The translations under genes and the position numbers were made by a program. A stretch of DNA of 17,150 nt, taken from the IMG/VR virus record IMGVR_UViG_3300032086_002076, positions 74,351-91,500 of that record. One strand, written 5' to 3'. The DNA is from a virus (taxonomy: Duplodnaviria > Heunggongvirae > Uroviricota > Caudoviricetes). The notes under the pieces are model-generated. The model searched no databases, was not told the DNA's origin, and saw only the letters and a list, made by a program, of their open reading frames with translations. Within the stretch, counting starts at the first letter, position 1. The number at the start of each line of letters is the position of its first letter. Shown here piece by piece: positions 15,694 through 17,150 of this stretch.

Positions 15694-17145
15694 CTAATTT
15701 CTAGAAAAAGGGTTTGTCTGTGTAGCTATGTAAGGTGTGAAACTAGGTATATATTTAGTCTCAGCTAAAGTAATAAAAGCGTCTGAAGTAGCATCTACTT
15801 GGTCATCTTTTGTTTTACCATCACCAATAAAAGATTCTAATTCATTATAAAATGCTTTATTCCAAGAACCTTTAACTATCCTTATAAACCCTGACTCAGC
15901 CATAGCTGAAAAAGGTGCAAACCTTGTAACTTTATCCTTAGAAGGTCTCCTCTTTCCAGAAGGTTTACCTATCTCTGCTAAAGCTTTTCTTAAATTTGCT
16001 GTGTGAGACTTGCCAGCAGCAGCGGGGTCTTCTGGGATAATTTGTTTAATATCTCCATCATCCCTTGCTGTATTAAGTATTAATTCCTTAACACCATTAG
16101 GTGTCTCTCTGTCTCTTGCAACATGTTCTATATAATAGAAACCGTTTTTATCTTTAGACATTTTTACACCCGCTGTCCAATCTGGATTAGGGTATACATC
16201 TGAGGGCTTACTAGCAGCTAAATCCCAAGCTCTTACTCTTATAGCTTCTCTTGGAGGAGCTTCAACCTCTTCACACCATTCTCTTCTAAAATATTCAGAA
16301 CCTTCAGGTCTAGCAAACCAGTTACCATATCTTAGTCTTTGTTTTTCAACATGTGGTAATGATTCTAGTGTATCTCTGTACTCTGGTTCTATTTCATCTA
16401 GTATAGGGTTATCGTCGATAGTACCTGCGATAAACGTGTAACTCTTAGGTTTTTTCTTTGGGTATTTTTCAAGTAATTCTTCTTTTGTCCAAGCAGTAAC
16501 TACATCATTACCGTTAAACACGAAGTATCTTAATTTACCACAAAGTTCTCTATCAGGTGTACCTTTAGCTTTATCTTCTACTAAATCACCATTCTCATCT
16601 AAAACATCTTCTGTTCTAAGGTAGGGTTTTATCCAATCAAAGACAAAATGGTCTCTGTCTGGGTTCATAGAACACTTCATGTAAGAGAGTGTCTTAGATT
16701 TAGACCTCATTCTCGAACGAAGATAGTTGAATTGGTATTCTGAGAAATGTGTAAACTCGTCCCAATATTGTCCAGTTATCTGAACACCCTGAAAAGATTT
16801 AGCATCTTTATCAAGCATCATGTGGGAAAATTTGAAGGTTGCTCCTGATTTAAATATTAAGAGTTTTTGTTTTTCTATAACTTTTGGTTTGAATGGAGAA
16901 AATAAATCTTTAGCTTCTCGCCAAATACCATTTTCTAATTGAGTGGAATTCTCTCTGAATACTACACCAAAATAATCTTTATCATGAATATGCTGTAGCA
17001 TATCTAAAAGAATACCGTGTGTTTTACCAGAACCAGCAGCGCCACCATAAAAAGTTATAGTGGCTTTTGTCCCGTCTGGTCCGAGATTACTGTTTATAAA
17101 ATCTACTTGAGAACCCTCTTGTGGTGCAAATACTGGTGCAGCCAT
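15694..17145 (-). CDS. terL: Terminase large subunit, 483 aa
   Basis: Walker A GGAAGSGKT, Walker B YWDEFTHF, coupling motif 'CSMNP', RNase H-like nuclease domain 'RAWDLAAS...DWTAGV...DDQVDATSDA'. Confidence 0.97.
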   Translation of the reverse strand: MAAPVFAPQEGSQVDFINSNLGPDGTKATITFYGGAAGSGKTHGILLDMLQHIHDKDYFGVVFRENSTQLENGIWREAKDLFSPFKPKVIEKQKLLIFKSGATFKFSHMMLDKDAKSFQGVQITGQYWDEFTHFSEYQFNYLRSRMRSKSKTLSYMKCSMNPDRDHFVFDWIKPYLRTEDVLDENGDLVEDKAKGTPDRELCGKLRYFVFNGNDVVTAWTKEELLEKYPKKKPKSYTFIAGTIDDNPILDEIEPEYRDTLESLPHVEKQRLRYGNWFARPEGSEYFRREWCEEVEAPPREAIRVRAWDLAASKPSDVYPNPDWTAGVKMSKDKNGFYYIEHVARDRETPNGVKELILNTARDDGDIKQIIPEDPAAAGKSHTANLRKALAEIGKPSGKRRPSKDKVTRFAPFSAMAESGFIRIVKGSWNKAFYNELESFIGDGKTKDDQVDATSDAFITLAETKYIPSFTPYIATQTNPFSRN

Positions 17146-17150
17146 AGAGC

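Noticed and set aside
3400-15700. Recurrent TAATTAGGAG-like motif before several genes as a phage late promoter
   Set aside because: It is explained by an AT-rich leader plus Shine-Dalgarno sequence at normal spacing from start codons; no consistent T4-like TATAAATA box was found.
1-17150. Alternative genetic code (stop codon reassignment)
   Set aside because: Genes are full length and tightly packed under the standard code, and both TAA and TAG act as genuine stops.
1-17150. Tailocin, contractile injection system or gene transfer agent interpretation
   Set aside because: Terminase, portal, protease, capsid and a contractile tail are all present together, which indicates a complete phage virion module; the holin family name alone does not imply a GTA.

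Overview
The window is one contiguous, minus-strand virion morphogenesis module of an AT-rich contractile-tailed (myovirus-type) tailed phage. In transcription order (right to left): terminase large subunit, portal, XkdF-like prohead protease, scaffold-like protein, head decoration protein, major capsid protein, a 3TM-type holin plus a second membrane/coiled-coil protein, four head-tail joining proteins, tail sheath, tail tube, tail assembly chaperone, tape measure protein, six baseplate genes (the last, a baseplate J-like gene, is truncated by the window edge). All plus-strand ORFs look like antisense shadows. Features missing from the ORF track: a -1 frameshift extension of the tail chaperone (U7 slippery run, 92-codon second frame), the baseplate J start, three intrinsic terminators and a sigma70-like promoter. 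The most unusual area is the protease/scaffold locus, where protease motifs appear divided between two overlapping genes and a nested in-frame scaffold start is plausible. Family assignments come from motif recognition from memory, not database searches. No integrase, tRNA, CRISPR, intron, intein or endolysin was seen, so host and lifestyle cannot be determined here.
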